Shown: positions 1 to 15,000 of the stretch, one piece after another
How the letters are laid out: the number at the start of each line of letters is the position of its first letter
Numbering within the stretch: position 1 is the first letter of the stretch
DNA from: Eledone cirrhosa
Taxonomy: Eukaryota
Reading direction: 5' to 3'
Length of the DNA: 64,000 nt
Assembly (NCBI GenBank): GCA_964016885.1
Contig: OZ024750.1
Coordinates: 37,696,001 to 37,760,000 of the forward strand
Position numbers and translations under genes: made by a program
The notes under the pieces: model-generated
The model's input: only the letters and a program-made list of their open reading frames with translations
Database searches by the model: none
What the model was told of the DNA's origin: nothing

Positions 1-3000
1 TACCATGAAGCTATGGCTAACATGTACACTGTATGTGATGTACCATGAAGCTATGACTAACATGTACAATGTATGTGATGTACCATGAAGCTATGACTAA
101 CCTGTACACTGTATGTGATGTACTATGAAACTATGACTAACCTGTACACTGTATGTGAAGTACCATGACTCTATGACTAACCTGTACACTGTATGTGATG
201 TACCATAAAGCTATGGCTAACCTCTACACTGTATCTGATGTACCATGAAGCTACGACTAACCTGTACACTGTATGTGATGTACCATGAAGCTATGGCTAA
301 CCTGTACACTGTATGTGATGTACCATGAAGCTATAGCTAACCTGTACACTGTATGTGATGTACCATGAAGCTATGGCTAACCTGTACACTGTATGTGATG
401 TACCATGAAGCTATGACTAACCTGTACACTGTATGTGATGTACCATGAAGCTATGACTAACCTGTACACTGTATGTGATGTACCATGAAGCTATGACTAA
501 CCTGTACACTGTATGTGATGTACCATGAAGCTATGACTAACCTGTACACTGTATGTGATGTACCATGAAGCTATGACTAACCTGTACACTGTATGTGATG
601 TACCATGAAGCTACGACTAACCTGTACACTGTATGTGATGTACCATGAAGCTATGACTAACCTGTACAATGTATGTGATGTACCATGAAGCTATAGCTAA
701 CCTGTACACTGTATGTGATCTACCATGAAGCTATGGCTAACCCGTACACTGTATGTGATGTAACATGAAGCTATGACTAACCTGTACACTGTATGTGATG
801 TACCATGAAGCTACGACTAACCTGTACACTGTATGTGATGTACCATGAAGCTATGACTAACCTGTACACTGTACGTGATGTACCAGGAAGCTGTAGCTAA
901 CCTGTACACTGTATGTGATCTACCATGAAGCTATGGCTAACCTGTACACTGTATGTGATGTACCATGAAGCTATGACTAACCTGTACACTGTATGTGATG
1001 TACCATGAAGCTATGACTAACCTGTACACTGTATGTAATGTACCATGAAGCTATGACTAACCTGTACACTGTATGTGATGTACCATGAAGCTATGGCTAA
1101 CCTGTACACTGTATGTGATGTACCATGAAGCTATGACTAACCTGTACACCGTATGTGATGTACCATGAAGCTATGGCTAACCTGTACACTGTATGTGATG
1201 TACCATGAAGCTATGGCTAGCCTGTACACTGTATGTGATGTACCATGAAGATATGACTAACCTGTACACAGTATGTGATGTACCATGAAGCTATGGCTAA
1301 TCTGTACACTGTATGTGATGTACCATGAAGCTATGACTAACCTGTACACTGTATATGATGTACCATGAAGCTATGACTAACCTGTACACTGTATGTGATG
1401 TACCATGAAGCTATGGCTAACATGTACACTGTATGTGATGTACCATGAAGCTATGTCTAACCTGTACACTGTATGTGATGTACCATGAACCTATGGCTAA
1501 CCTGCACACTGTATGTGATGTACCATGAAGCTATGACTAACCTGTACACTGTATGTGATGTACCATGAAGCTATGGCTAACCTGTACACTGTATGTGATG
1601 TACCATGAAGCTATGGCTAACCTGTACACTGTATGTGATGTACCATGAAGCTATGACTAACCTGTACACTGTATGTGATGTACCATGAAGCTATGACTAA
1701 ACTGTACACTGTATGTGATGTACCATGAAGCTATGGCTAACCTGTACACTGTATGTGATGTACCATGAAGCTATGAATAACCTGTACACTGTATGTGATG
1801 TACCATGAATCTATGACTAACCTGTACACTGTATGTGATGTACCATGAAGCTATGGCTAACCTGTACACTGTATGTCATGTACCATGAAGCTATGGCTAA
1901 CCTGTACACTGTATGTGATGTACCATGAAGCTATGACTAACATGTACAATGTATGTGATGTACCATGAAGCTATGGCTAACCTGTACACTGTATGTGATG
2001 TACCATGAAGCTATGACTAACCTGTACACTGTATGTGATGTACCATGAAGCTATGACTAACCTGTACACTGTATGTGATGTACCGTGAAGCTATGGCTAA
2101 CCTGTACACTGTATGTGATGTACCATGAAGCTATGGCTAACCTGTACACTGTATGTGATGTACCATGAAGCTATGGCTAACCTGTACACTGTATGTGATG
2201 TACCATGAAGCTATGACTAACCTGTACACTGTATGTGATGTACCATGAAGCTATGACTAACCTGTACACTGTATGTGATGTACCATGAAGCTATGGCTAA
2301 CCTGTACACTGTATGTGATGTACCATGAAGCTATGAATAACCTGTACACTGTATGTGATGTACCATGAATCTATGACTAACCTGTACACTGTATGTGATG
2401 TACCATGAAGCTATGGCTAACCTGTACACTGTATGTGATGTACCATGAAGCTATGGCTAACCTGTACACTGTATGTGATGTACCATGAAGCTATGACTAA
2501 CATGTACAATGTATGTGATGTACCATGAAGCTATGGCTAACCTGTACACTGTATGTGATGTACCATGAAGCTATGACTAACCTGTACACTGTATGTGATG
2601 TACCATGAAGCTATGGCTAACCTGTACACTGTATGTGATGTACCGTGAAGCTATGGCTAACCTGTACACTGTATGTGATGTACCATGAAGCTATGGCTAA
2701 CCTGTACACTGTATGTGATGTACCATGAAGCTATGGCTAACCTGTACACTGTATGTGATGTACCATGAAGCTATGGCTAACCTGTACACTGTATGTGATG
2801 TACCATGAAGATATGACTAACCTGTACACTGTATCTGATGTACCATGAAGCTATAGCTAACCTGTACACTGTATGTGATCTACCATGAAGCTATGACTAA
2901 CCTGTACACTGTATGTGATGTACCATGAAGCTATGACTAACCTGTACACTGTATGTGATGTACCATGAAGCTATGACTAACCTAAAGACTGTATGTGATG

Positions 3001-6000
3001 TACCATGAAGCTATAGCTAACCTGTACACTGTATGTGATGTACCATGAAGCTATGACTAACCTGAAGACTGTATGTGATGTACCACGAAGCTATAGCTAA
3101 CCTGTACACTGTATGTGATGTACCATGAAGCTATGAATAACCTGTACGCTGTATGTGATGTACCATGAAGCTATGACTAACCTGTACACTGTATGTGATG
3201 TACCATGAAGCTATGGCTAACCTGTACACTGTATGTGATGTACCATGAAGCTATGGCTAACCTGTACACTGTATGTGATGTACCATGAAGCTATGACTAA
3301 CATGTACAATGTATGTGATGTACCATGAAGCTATGACTAACCTGTACACTGTATGTGATGTACTATGAAACTATGACTAACCTGTACACTGTATGTGAAG
3401 TACCATGACTCTATGACTAACCTGTACACTGTATGTGATGTACCATAAAGCTATGGCTAACCTCTACACTGTATCTGATGTACCATGAAGCTACGACTAA
3501 CCTGTACACTGTATGTGATGTACCATGAAGCTATGGCTAACCTGTACACTGTATGTGATGTACCATGAAGCTATAGCTAACCTGTACACTGTATGTGATG
3601 TACCATGAAGCTATGGCTAACCTGTACACTGTATGTGATGTACCATGAAGCTATGACTAACCTGTACACTGTATGTGATGTACCATGAAGCTATGACTAA
3701 CCTGTACACTGTATGTGATGTACCATGAAGCTATGACTAACCTGTACACTGTATGTGATGTACCATGAAGCTATGACTAACCTGTACACTGTATGTGATG
3801 TACCATGAAGCTATGACTAACCTGTACACTGTATGTGATGTACCATGAAGCTACGACTAACCTGTACACTGTATGTGATGTACCATGAAGCTATGACTAA
3901 CCTGTACAATGTATGTGATGTACCATGAAGCTATGACTAACCTGTACACTGTATGTGATCTACCATGAAGCTATGGCTAACCCGTACACTGTATGTGATG
4001 TAACATGAAGCTATGACTAACCTGTACACTGTATGTGATGTACCATGAAGCTACGACTAACCTGTACACTGTATGTGATGTACCATGAAGCTATGACTAA
4101 CCTGTACACTGTACGTGATGTACCAGGAAGCTGTAGCTAACCTGTACACTGTATGTGATCTACCATGAAGCTATGGCTAACCTGTACACTGTATGTGATG
4201 TACCATGAAGCTATGACTAACCTGTACACTGTATGTGATGTACCATGAAGCTATGACTAACCTGTACACTGTATGTAATGTACCATGAAGCTATGACTAA
4301 CCTGTACACTGTATGTGATGTACCATGAAGCTATGGCTAACCTGTACACTGTATGTGATGTACCATGAAGCTATGACTAACCTGTACACCGTATGTGATG
4401 TACCATGAAGCTATGGCTAACCTGTACACTGTATGTGATGTACCATGAAGCTATGGCTAGCCTGTACACTGTATGTGATGTACCATGAAGATATGACTAA
4501 CCTGTACACAGTATGTGATGTACCATGAAGCTATGGCTAATCTGTACACTGTATGTGATGTACCATGAAGCTATGACTAAACTGTACACTGTATATGATG
4601 TACCATGAAGCTATGACTAACCTGTACACTGTATGTGATGTACCATGAAGCTATGGCTAACATGTACACTGTATGTGATGTACCATGAAGCTATGTCTAA
4701 CCTGTACACTGTATGTGATGTACCATGAACCTAAGGCTAACCTGCACACTGTATGTGATGTACCATGAAGCTATTACTAACCTGTACACTGTATGTGATG
4801 TACCATGAAGCTATGGCTAACCTGTACACTGTATGTGATGTACCATGAAGCTATGGCTAACCTGTACACTGTATGTGATGTACCATGAAGCTATGACTAA
4901 CCTGTACACTGTATGTGATGTACCATGAAGCTATGACTAACCTGTACACTGTATGTGATGTACCATGAAGCTATGGCTAACCTGTACACTGTATGTGATG
5001 TACCATGAAGCTATGAATAACCTGTACACTGTATGTGATGTACCATGAATCTATGACTAACCTGTACACTGTATGTGATGTACCATGAAGCTATGGCTAA
5101 CCTGTACACTGTATGTGATGTACCATGAAGCTATGGCTAACCTGTACACTGTATGTGATGTACCATGAAGCTATGACTAACATGTACAATGTATGTGATG
5201 TACCATGAAGCTATGGCTAACCTGTACACTGTATGTGATGTACCATGAAGCTATGACTAACCTGTACACTGTATGTGATGTACCATGAAGCTATGACTAA
5301 CCTGTACACTGTATGTGATGTACCGTGAAGCTATGGCTAACCTGTACACTGTATGTGATGTACCATGAAGCTATGGCTAACCTGTACACTGTATGTGATG
5401 TACCATGAAGCTATGGCTAACCTGTACACTGTATGTGATGTACCATGAAGCTATGGCTAACCTGTACACTGTATGTGATGTACCATGAAGATATGACTAA
5501 CCTGTACACTGTATGTGATGTACCATGAAGCTATGGCTAACCTGTACACTGTATGTGATGTACCATGAAGCTATGACTAACCTATACACTGTGTATGATG
5601 TACCATGAAGCTATGACTAAACTGTACACTGTATGTGATGTACCATGAAGCTATGGCTAACATGTACACTGTATGTGATGTACCATGAAGCTATGACTAA
5701 CCTGTACACTGTATGTGATGTACCATGAAGCTATAGCTAACCTGTACACTGTATGTGATCTACCATGAAGCTATGGCTAACCTGTACACTGTATGTGATG
5801 TACCATGAAGCTATGGCTAACCTGTACACTGTATGTGATGTACCATGAAGCTATGACTAACCTGTACACTTTATGTGATGTACCATGAAGCTATGACTAA
5901 TCTGTACACTGTATGTGATGTACCATGAAGCTATGGCTAACCTGTACACTGTATGTGATGTACCATGAAGCTATGACTAACCTGTACACTGTATGTGATG

Positions 6001-9000
6001 TACCATGAAGCTATGACTAACCTGTACACTGTATGTAATGTACCATGAAGCTATGACTAACCTGTACACTGTATGTGATGTACCATGAAGCTATGGCTAA
6101 CCTGTACACTGTATGTGATGTACCATGAAGCTATGACTAACCTGTACACCGTATGTGATGTACCATGAAGCTATGGCTAACCTGTACACTGTATGTGATG
6201 TACCATGAAGCTATGGCTAACCTGTACACTGTATGTGATGTACCATGAAGCTATGACTAACCTGTACACTGTATGTGATGTACCATGAAGCTATGACTAA
6301 CCTGTACACTGTATGTGATGTACCGTGAAGCTATGGCTAACCTGTACACTGTATGTGATGTACCATGAAGCTATGGGTAACCTGTACACTGTATGTGATG
6401 TACCATGAAGCTATGGCTAACCTGTACACTGTATGTTATGTACCATGAAGCTATGGCTAACCTGTACACTGTATGTGATGTACCATGAAGCTATAGCTAA
6501 CCTGTACACTGTATGTGATCTACCATGAAGCTATGGCTAACCTGTACACTGTATGTGATGTAACATGAAGCTATGACTAACCTGTACACTGTATGTGATG
6601 TACCATGAAGCTACGACTAAACTGTACACTGTATGTGATGTACCATGAAGCTATGACTAACCAGTACACTGTATGTGATGTACCATGAAGCTATAGCTAA
6701 CCTGTACACTGTATGTGATCTACCATGAAGCTATGGCTAACCTGTACACTGTATGTGATGTACCATGAAGCTATGACTAACCTGTACACTGTATGTGATG
6801 TACCGTGAAGCTATGGCTAACCTGTACACTGTATGTGATGTACCATGAAGCTATGGCTAACCTGTACACTGTATGTGATGTACCATGAAGCTATGGCTAA
6901 CCTGTACACTGTATGTGATGTACCATGAAGCTATGGCTAACCTGTACACTGTATGTGATGTACCATGAAGATATGACTAACCTGTACAATGTATGTGATG
7001 TACCATGAAGCTATGGCTAACCTGTACACTGTATGTGATGTACCATGAAGCTATGACTAACCTGTACACTGTATATGATGTACCATGAAGCTATGACGAA
7101 CCTGTACACTGTATGTGATGTACCATGAAGCTATGGCTAACATGTACACTGTATGTGATGTACCATGAAGCTATGACTAACCTGTACACTGTATGTGATG
7201 TACCATGAAGCTATAGCTAACCTGTACTCTGTATGTGATGTACCATGAAGCTATGACTAACATGTACACTGTACGTAATGTACCATGAAGCTATGACTAA
7301 CCTGTACACTGTATGTGATGTACCATGCAGCTATGTCTAACCTGTACACTGTATGTGATGTACCATGAAGCTATGACTAACCTGTACACCGTATGTGATG
7401 TACCATGAAGCTATGGCTAACATGTACACTTTATGTGATGTACCATGAAGCTATGGCTAATCTGTACACTGTATGTGATGTACCATGAAGCTATGGCTAA
7501 CCTGTACACTGTATGTGATGTACCATGAAGCTATGGCTAACCTGTACACTGTATGTGATGTACCATGAAGCTATGACTAACCTGTACACTGTATGTGATC
7601 TACCATGAAACTATGGCTAATCTGTACACTGTATGTGATGTAACATGAAGCTATGACTAACCTGTACACTGTATGTGATGTACCATGAAGCTACGACTAA
7701 CCTGTACACTGTATGTGATGTACCATGAAGCTATGACTAACCTGTACACTGTATGTGATGTACCATGAAGCTATGGCTAACCTGTACACTGTATGTGATG
7801 TACCATGAAGATATGACTAACCTGTACACTGTATCTGATGTACCATGAAGCTATAGCTAACCTGTACACTCTATGTGATCTACCATGAAGCTATGACTAA
7901 CCTGTACACTGTATGTGATGTACCATGAAGCTATGACTAACCTGTACACTTTATGTGATGTACCATGAAGCTATGACTAACCTGTACACTGTATGTGATG
8001 TACCATGAAGCTATGACTAACCTAAAGACTGTATGTGATGTACCATGAAGCTATAGCTAACCTGTACACTGTATGTGATGTACCATGAAGCTATGACTAA
8101 CCTGAAGACTGTATGTGATGTACCACGAAGCTATAGCTAACCTGTACACTGTATGTGATGTACCATGAAGCTATGAATAACCTGTACGCTGTATGTGATG
8201 TACCATGAAGCTATGACTAACCTGTACACTGTATGTGATGTACCATGAAGCTATGGCTAACCTGTACACTGTATGTGATGTACCATGAAGCTATGGCTAA
8301 CCTGTACACTGTATGTGATGTACCATGAAGCTATGACTAACATGTACAATGTATGTGATGTACCATGAAGCTATGACTAACCTGTACACTGTATGTGATG
8401 TACTATGAAACTATGACTAACCTGTACACTGTATGTGAAGTACCATGACTCTATGACTAACCTGTACACTGTATGTGATGTACCATAAAGCTATGGCTAA
8501 CCTCTACACTGTATCTGATGTACCATGAAGCTACGACTAACCTGTACACTGTATGTGATGTACCATGAAGCTATGGCTAACCTGTACACTGTATGTGATG
8601 TACCATGAAGCTATAGCTAACCTGTACACTGTATGTGATGTACCATGAAGCTATGGCTAACCTGTACACTGTATGTGATGTACCATGAAGCTATGACTAA
8701 CCTGTACACTGTATGTGATGTACCATGAAGCTATGACTAACCTGTACACTGTATGTGATGTACCATGAAGCTATGACTAACCTGTACACTGTATGTGATG
8801 TACCATGAAGCTATGACTAACCTGTACACTGTATGTGATGTACCATGAAGCTACGACTAACCTGTACACTGTATGTGATGTACCATGAAGCTATGACTAA
8901 CCTGTACAATGTATGTGATGTACCATGAAGCTATAGCTAACCTGTACACTGTATGTGATCTACCATGAAGCTATGGCTAACCTGTACACTGTATGTGATG

Positions 9001-12000
9001 TAACATGAAGCTATGACTAACCTGTACACTGTATGTGATGTACCATGAAGCTACGACTAACCTGTACACTGTATGTGATGTACCATGAAGCTATGACTAA
9101 CCTGTACACTGTACGTGATGTACCAGGAAGCTGTAGCTAACCTGTACACTGTATGTGATGTACCATGAAGCTATGACTAACCTGTACACCGTATGTGATG
9201 TACCATGAAGCTATGGCTAACCTGTACACTGTATGTGATGTACCATGAAGCTATGGCTAGCCTGTACACTGTATGTGATGTACCATGAAGATATGACTAA
9301 CCTGTACACAGTATGTGATGTACCATGAAGCTATGGCTAATCTGTACACTGTATGTGATGTACCATGAAGCTATGACTAACCTGTACACTGTATATGATG
9401 TACCATGAAGCTATGACTAACCTGTACACTGTATGTGATGTACCATGAAGCTATGGCTAACATGTACACTGTATGTGATGTACCATGAAGCTATGTCTAA
9501 CCTGTACACTGTATGTGATGTACCATGAACCTATGGCTAACCTGCACACTGTATGTGATGTACCATGAAGCTATGACTAACCTGTACACTGTATGTGATG
9601 TACCATGAAGCTATGGCTAACCTGTACACTGTATGTGATGTACCATGAAGCTATGGCTAACCTGTACACTGTATGTGATGTACCATGAAGCTATGACTAA
9701 CCTGTACACTGTATGTGATGTACCATGAAGCTATGACTAACCTGTACACTGTATGTGATGTACCATGAAGCTATGGCTAACCTGTACACTGTATGTGATG
9801 TACCATGAAGCTATGAATAACCTGTACACTGTATGTGATGTACCATGAATCTATGACTAACCTGTACACTGTATGTGATGTACCATGAAGCTATGGCTAA
9901 CCTGTACACTGTATGTGATGTACCATGAAGCTATGGCTAACCTGTACACTGTATGTGATGTACCATGAAGCTATGACTAACATGTACAATGTATGTGATG
10001 TACCATGAAGCTATGGCTAACCTGTACACTGTATGTGATGTACCATGAAGCTATGACTAACCTGTACACTGTATGTGATGTACCATGAAGCTATGACTAA
10101 CCTGTACACTGTATGTGATGTACCGTGAAGCTATGGCTAACCTGTACACTGTATGTGATGTACCATGAAGCTATGGCTAACCTGTACACTGTATGTGATG
10201 TACCATGAAGCTATGGCTAACCTGTACACTGTATGTGATGTACCATGAAGCTATGGCTAACCTGTACACTGTATGTGATGTACCATGAAGATATGACTAA
10301 CCTGTACACTGTATGTGATGTACCATGAAGCTATGGCTAACCTGTACACTGTATGTGATGTACCATGAAGCTATGACTAACCTATACACTGTGTATGATG
10401 TACCATGAAGCTATGACTAAACTGTACACTGTATGTGATGTACCATGAAGCTATGGCTAACATGTACACTGTATGTGATGTACCATGAAGCTATGACTAA
10501 CCTGTACACTGTATGTGATGTACCATGAAGCTATAGCTAACCTGTACACTGTATGTGATCTACCATGAAGCTATGGCTAACCTGTACACTGTATGTGATG
10601 TACCATGAAGCTATGGCTAACCTGTACACTGTATGTGATGTACCATGAAGCTATGACTAACCTGTACACTTTATGTGATGTACCATGAAGCTATGACTAA
10701 TCTGTACACTGTATGTGATGTACCATGAAGCTATGGCTAACCTGTACACTGTATGTGATGTACCATGAAGCTATGACTAACCTGTACACTGTATGTGATG
10801 TACCATGAAGCTATGACTAACCTGTACACTGTATGTAATGTACCATGAAGCTATGACTAACCTGTACACTGTATGTGATGTACCATGAAGCTATGGCTAA
10901 CCTGTACACTGTATGTGATGTACCATGAAGCTATGACTAACCTGTACACCGTATGTGATGTACCATGAAGCTATGGCTAACCTGTACACTGTATGTGATG
11001 TACCATGAAGCTATGGCTAACCTGTACACTGTATGTGATGTACCATGAAGCTATGACTAACCTGTACACTGTATGTGATGTACCATGAAGCTATGACTAA
11101 CCTGTACACTGTATGTGATGTACCGTGAAGCTATGGCTAACCTGTACACTGTATGTGATGTACCATGAAGCTATGGCTAACCTGTACACTGTATGTGATG
11201 TACCATGAAGCTATGGCTAACCTGTACACTGTATGTGATGTACCATGAAGCTATGGCTAACCTGTACACTGTATGTGATGTACCATGAAGATATGACTAA
11301 CCTGTACAATGTATGTGATGTACCATGAAGCTATGGCTAACCTGTACACTGTATGTGATGTACCATGAAGCTATGACTAACCTGTACACTGTATATGATG
11401 TACCATGAAGCTATGACGAACCTGTACACTGTATGTGATGTACCATGAAGCTATGGCTAACATGTACACTGTATGTGATGTACCATGAAGCTATGACTAA
11501 CCTGTACACTGTATGTGATGTACCATGAAGCTATAGCTAACCTGTACTCTGTATGTGATGTACCATGAAGCTATGACTAACATGTACACTGTACGTAATG
11601 TACCATGAAGCTATGACTAACCTGTACACTGTATGTGATGTACCATGCAGCTATGTCTAACCTGTACACTGTATGTGATGTACCATGAAGCTATGACTAA
11701 CCTGTACACCGTATGTGATGTACCATGAAGCTATGGCTAACATGTACACTTTATGTGATGTACCATGAAGCTATGGCTAATCTGTACACTGTATGTGATG
11801 TACCATGAAGCTATGGCTAACCTGTACACTGTATGTGATGTACCATGAAGCTATGGCTAACCTGTACACTGTATGTGATGTACCATGAAGCTATGACTAA
11901 CCTGTACACTGTATGTGATCTACCATGAAACTATGGCTAATCTGTACACTGTATGTGATGTAACATGAAGCTATGACTAACCTGTACACTGTATGTGATG

Positions 12001-15000
12001 TACCATGAAGCTACGACTAACCTGTACACTGTATGTGATGTACCATGAAGCTATGACTAACCTGTACACTGTATGTGATGTACCATGAAGCTATGGCTAA
12101 CCTGTACACTGTATGTGATGTACCATGAAGATATGACTAACCTGTACACTGTATCTGATGTACCATGAAGCTATAGCTAACCTGTACACTGTATGTGATC
12201 TACCATGAAGCTATGACTAACCTGTACACTGTATGTGATGTACCATGAAGCTATGACTAACCTGTACACTTTATGTGATGTACCATGAAGCTATGACTAA
12301 CCTGTACACTGTATGTGATGTACCATGAAGCTATGACTAACCTAAAGACTGTATGTGATGTACCATGAAGCTATAGCTAACCTGTACACTGTATGTGATG
12401 TACCATGAAGCTATGACTAACCTGAAGACTGTATGTGATGTACCACGAAGCTATAGCTAACCTGTACACTGTATGTGATGTACCATGAAGCTATGAATAA
12501 CCTGTACGCTGTATGTGATGTACCATGAAGCTATGACTAACCTGTACACTGTATGTGATGTACCATGAAGCTATGGCTAACCTGTACACTGTATGTGATG
12601 TACCATGAAGCTATGGCTAACCTGTACACTGTATGTGATGTACCATGAAGCTATGACTAACATGTACAATGTATGTGATGTACCATGAAGCTATGACTAA
12701 CCTGTACACTGTATGTGATGTACTATGAAACTATGACTAACCTGTACACTGTATGTGAAGTACCATGACTCTATGACTAACCTGTACACTGTATGTGATG
12801 TACCATAAAGCTATGGCTAACCTCTACACTGTATCTGATGTACCATGAAGCTACGACTAACCTGTACACTGTATGTGATGTACCATGAAGCTATGGCTAA
12901 CCTGTACACTGTATGTGATGTACCATGAAGCTATAGCTAACCTGTACACTGTATGTGATGTACCATGAAGCTATGGCTAACCTGTACACTGTATGTGATG
13001 TACCATGAAGCTATGACTAACCTGTACACTGTATGTGATGTACCATGAAGCTATGACTAACCTGTACACTGTATGTGATGTACCATGAAGCTATGACTAA
13101 CCTGTACACTGTATGTGATGTACCATGAAGCTATGACTAACCTGTACACTGTATGTGATGTACCATGAAGCTACGACTAACCTGTACACTGTATGTGATG
13201 TACCATGAAGCTATGACTAACCTGTACAATGTATGTGATGTACCATGAAGCTATAGCTAACCTGTACACTGTATGTGATCTACCATGAAGCTATGGCTAA
13301 CCTGTACACTGTATGTGATGTAACATGAAGCTATGACTAACCTGTACACTGTATGTGATGTACCATGAAGCTACGACTAACCTGTACACTGTATGTGATG
13401 TACCATGAAGCTATGACTAACCTGTACACTGTACGTGATGTACCAGGAAGCTGTAGCTAACCTGTACACTGTATGTGATCTACCATGAAGCTATGGCTAA
13501 CCTGTACACTGTATGTGATGTACCATGAAGCTATGACTAACCTGTACACTGTATGTGATGTACCATGAAGCTATGACTAACCTGTACACTGTATGTAATG
13601 TACCATGAAGCTATGACTAACCTGTACACTGTATGTGATGTACCATGAAGCTATGGCTAACCTGTACACTGTATGTGATGTACCATGAAGCTATGACTAA
13701 CCTGTACACCGTATGTGATGTACCATGAAGCTATGGCTAACCTGTACACTGTATGTGATGTACCATGAAGCTATGGCTAGCCTGTACACTGTATGTGATG
13801 TACCATGAAGATATGACTAACCTGTACACAGTATGTGATGTACCATGAAGCTATGGCTAATCTGTACACTGTATGTGATGTACCATGAAGCTATGACTAA
13901 CCTGTACACTGTATATGATGTACCATGAAGCTATGACTAACCTGTACACTGTATGTGATGTACCATGAAGCTATGGCTAACATGTACACTGTATGTGATG
14001 TACCATGAAGCTATGTCTAACCTGTACACTGTATGTGATGTACCATGAACCTATGGCTAACCTGCACACTGTATGTGATGTACCATGAAGCTATGACTAA
14101 CCTGTACACTGTATGTGATGTACCATGAAGCTATGGCTAACCTGTACACTGTATGTGATGTACCATGAAGCTATGGCTAACCTGTACACTGTATGTGATG
14201 TACCATGAAGCTATGACTAACCTGTACACTGTATGTGATGTACCATGAAGCTATGACTAACCTGTACACTGTATGTGATGTACCATGAAGCTATGGCTAA
14301 CCTGTACACTGTATGTGATGTACCATGAAGCTATGAATAACCTGTACACTGTATGTGATGTACCATGAATCTATGACTAACCTGTACACTGTATGTGATG
14401 TACCATGAAGCTATGGCTAACCTGTACACTGTATGTGATGTACCATGAAGCTATGGCTAACCTGTACACTGTATGTGATGTACCATGAAGCTATGACTAA
14501 CATGTACAATGTATGTGATGTACCATGAAGCTATGGCTAACCTGTACACTGTATGTGATGTACCATGAAGCTATGACTAACCTGTACACTGTATGTGATG
14601 TACCATGAAGCTATGACTAACCTGTACACTGTATGTGATGTACCGTGAAGCTATGGCTAACCTGTACACTGTATGTGATGTACCATGAAGCTATGGCTAA
14701 CCTGTACACTGTATGTGATGTACCATGAAGCTATGGCTAACCTGTACACTGTATGTGATGTACCATGAAGCTATGGCTAACCTGTACACTGTATGTGATG
14801 TACCATGAAGATATGACTAACCTGTACACTGTATGTGATGTACCATGAAGCTATGGCTAACCTGTACACTGTATGTGATGTACCATGAAGCTATGACTAA
14901 CCTATACACTGTGTATGATGTACCATGAAGCTATGACTAAACTGTACACTGTATGTGATGTACCATGAAGCTATGGCTAACATGTACACTGTATGTGATG

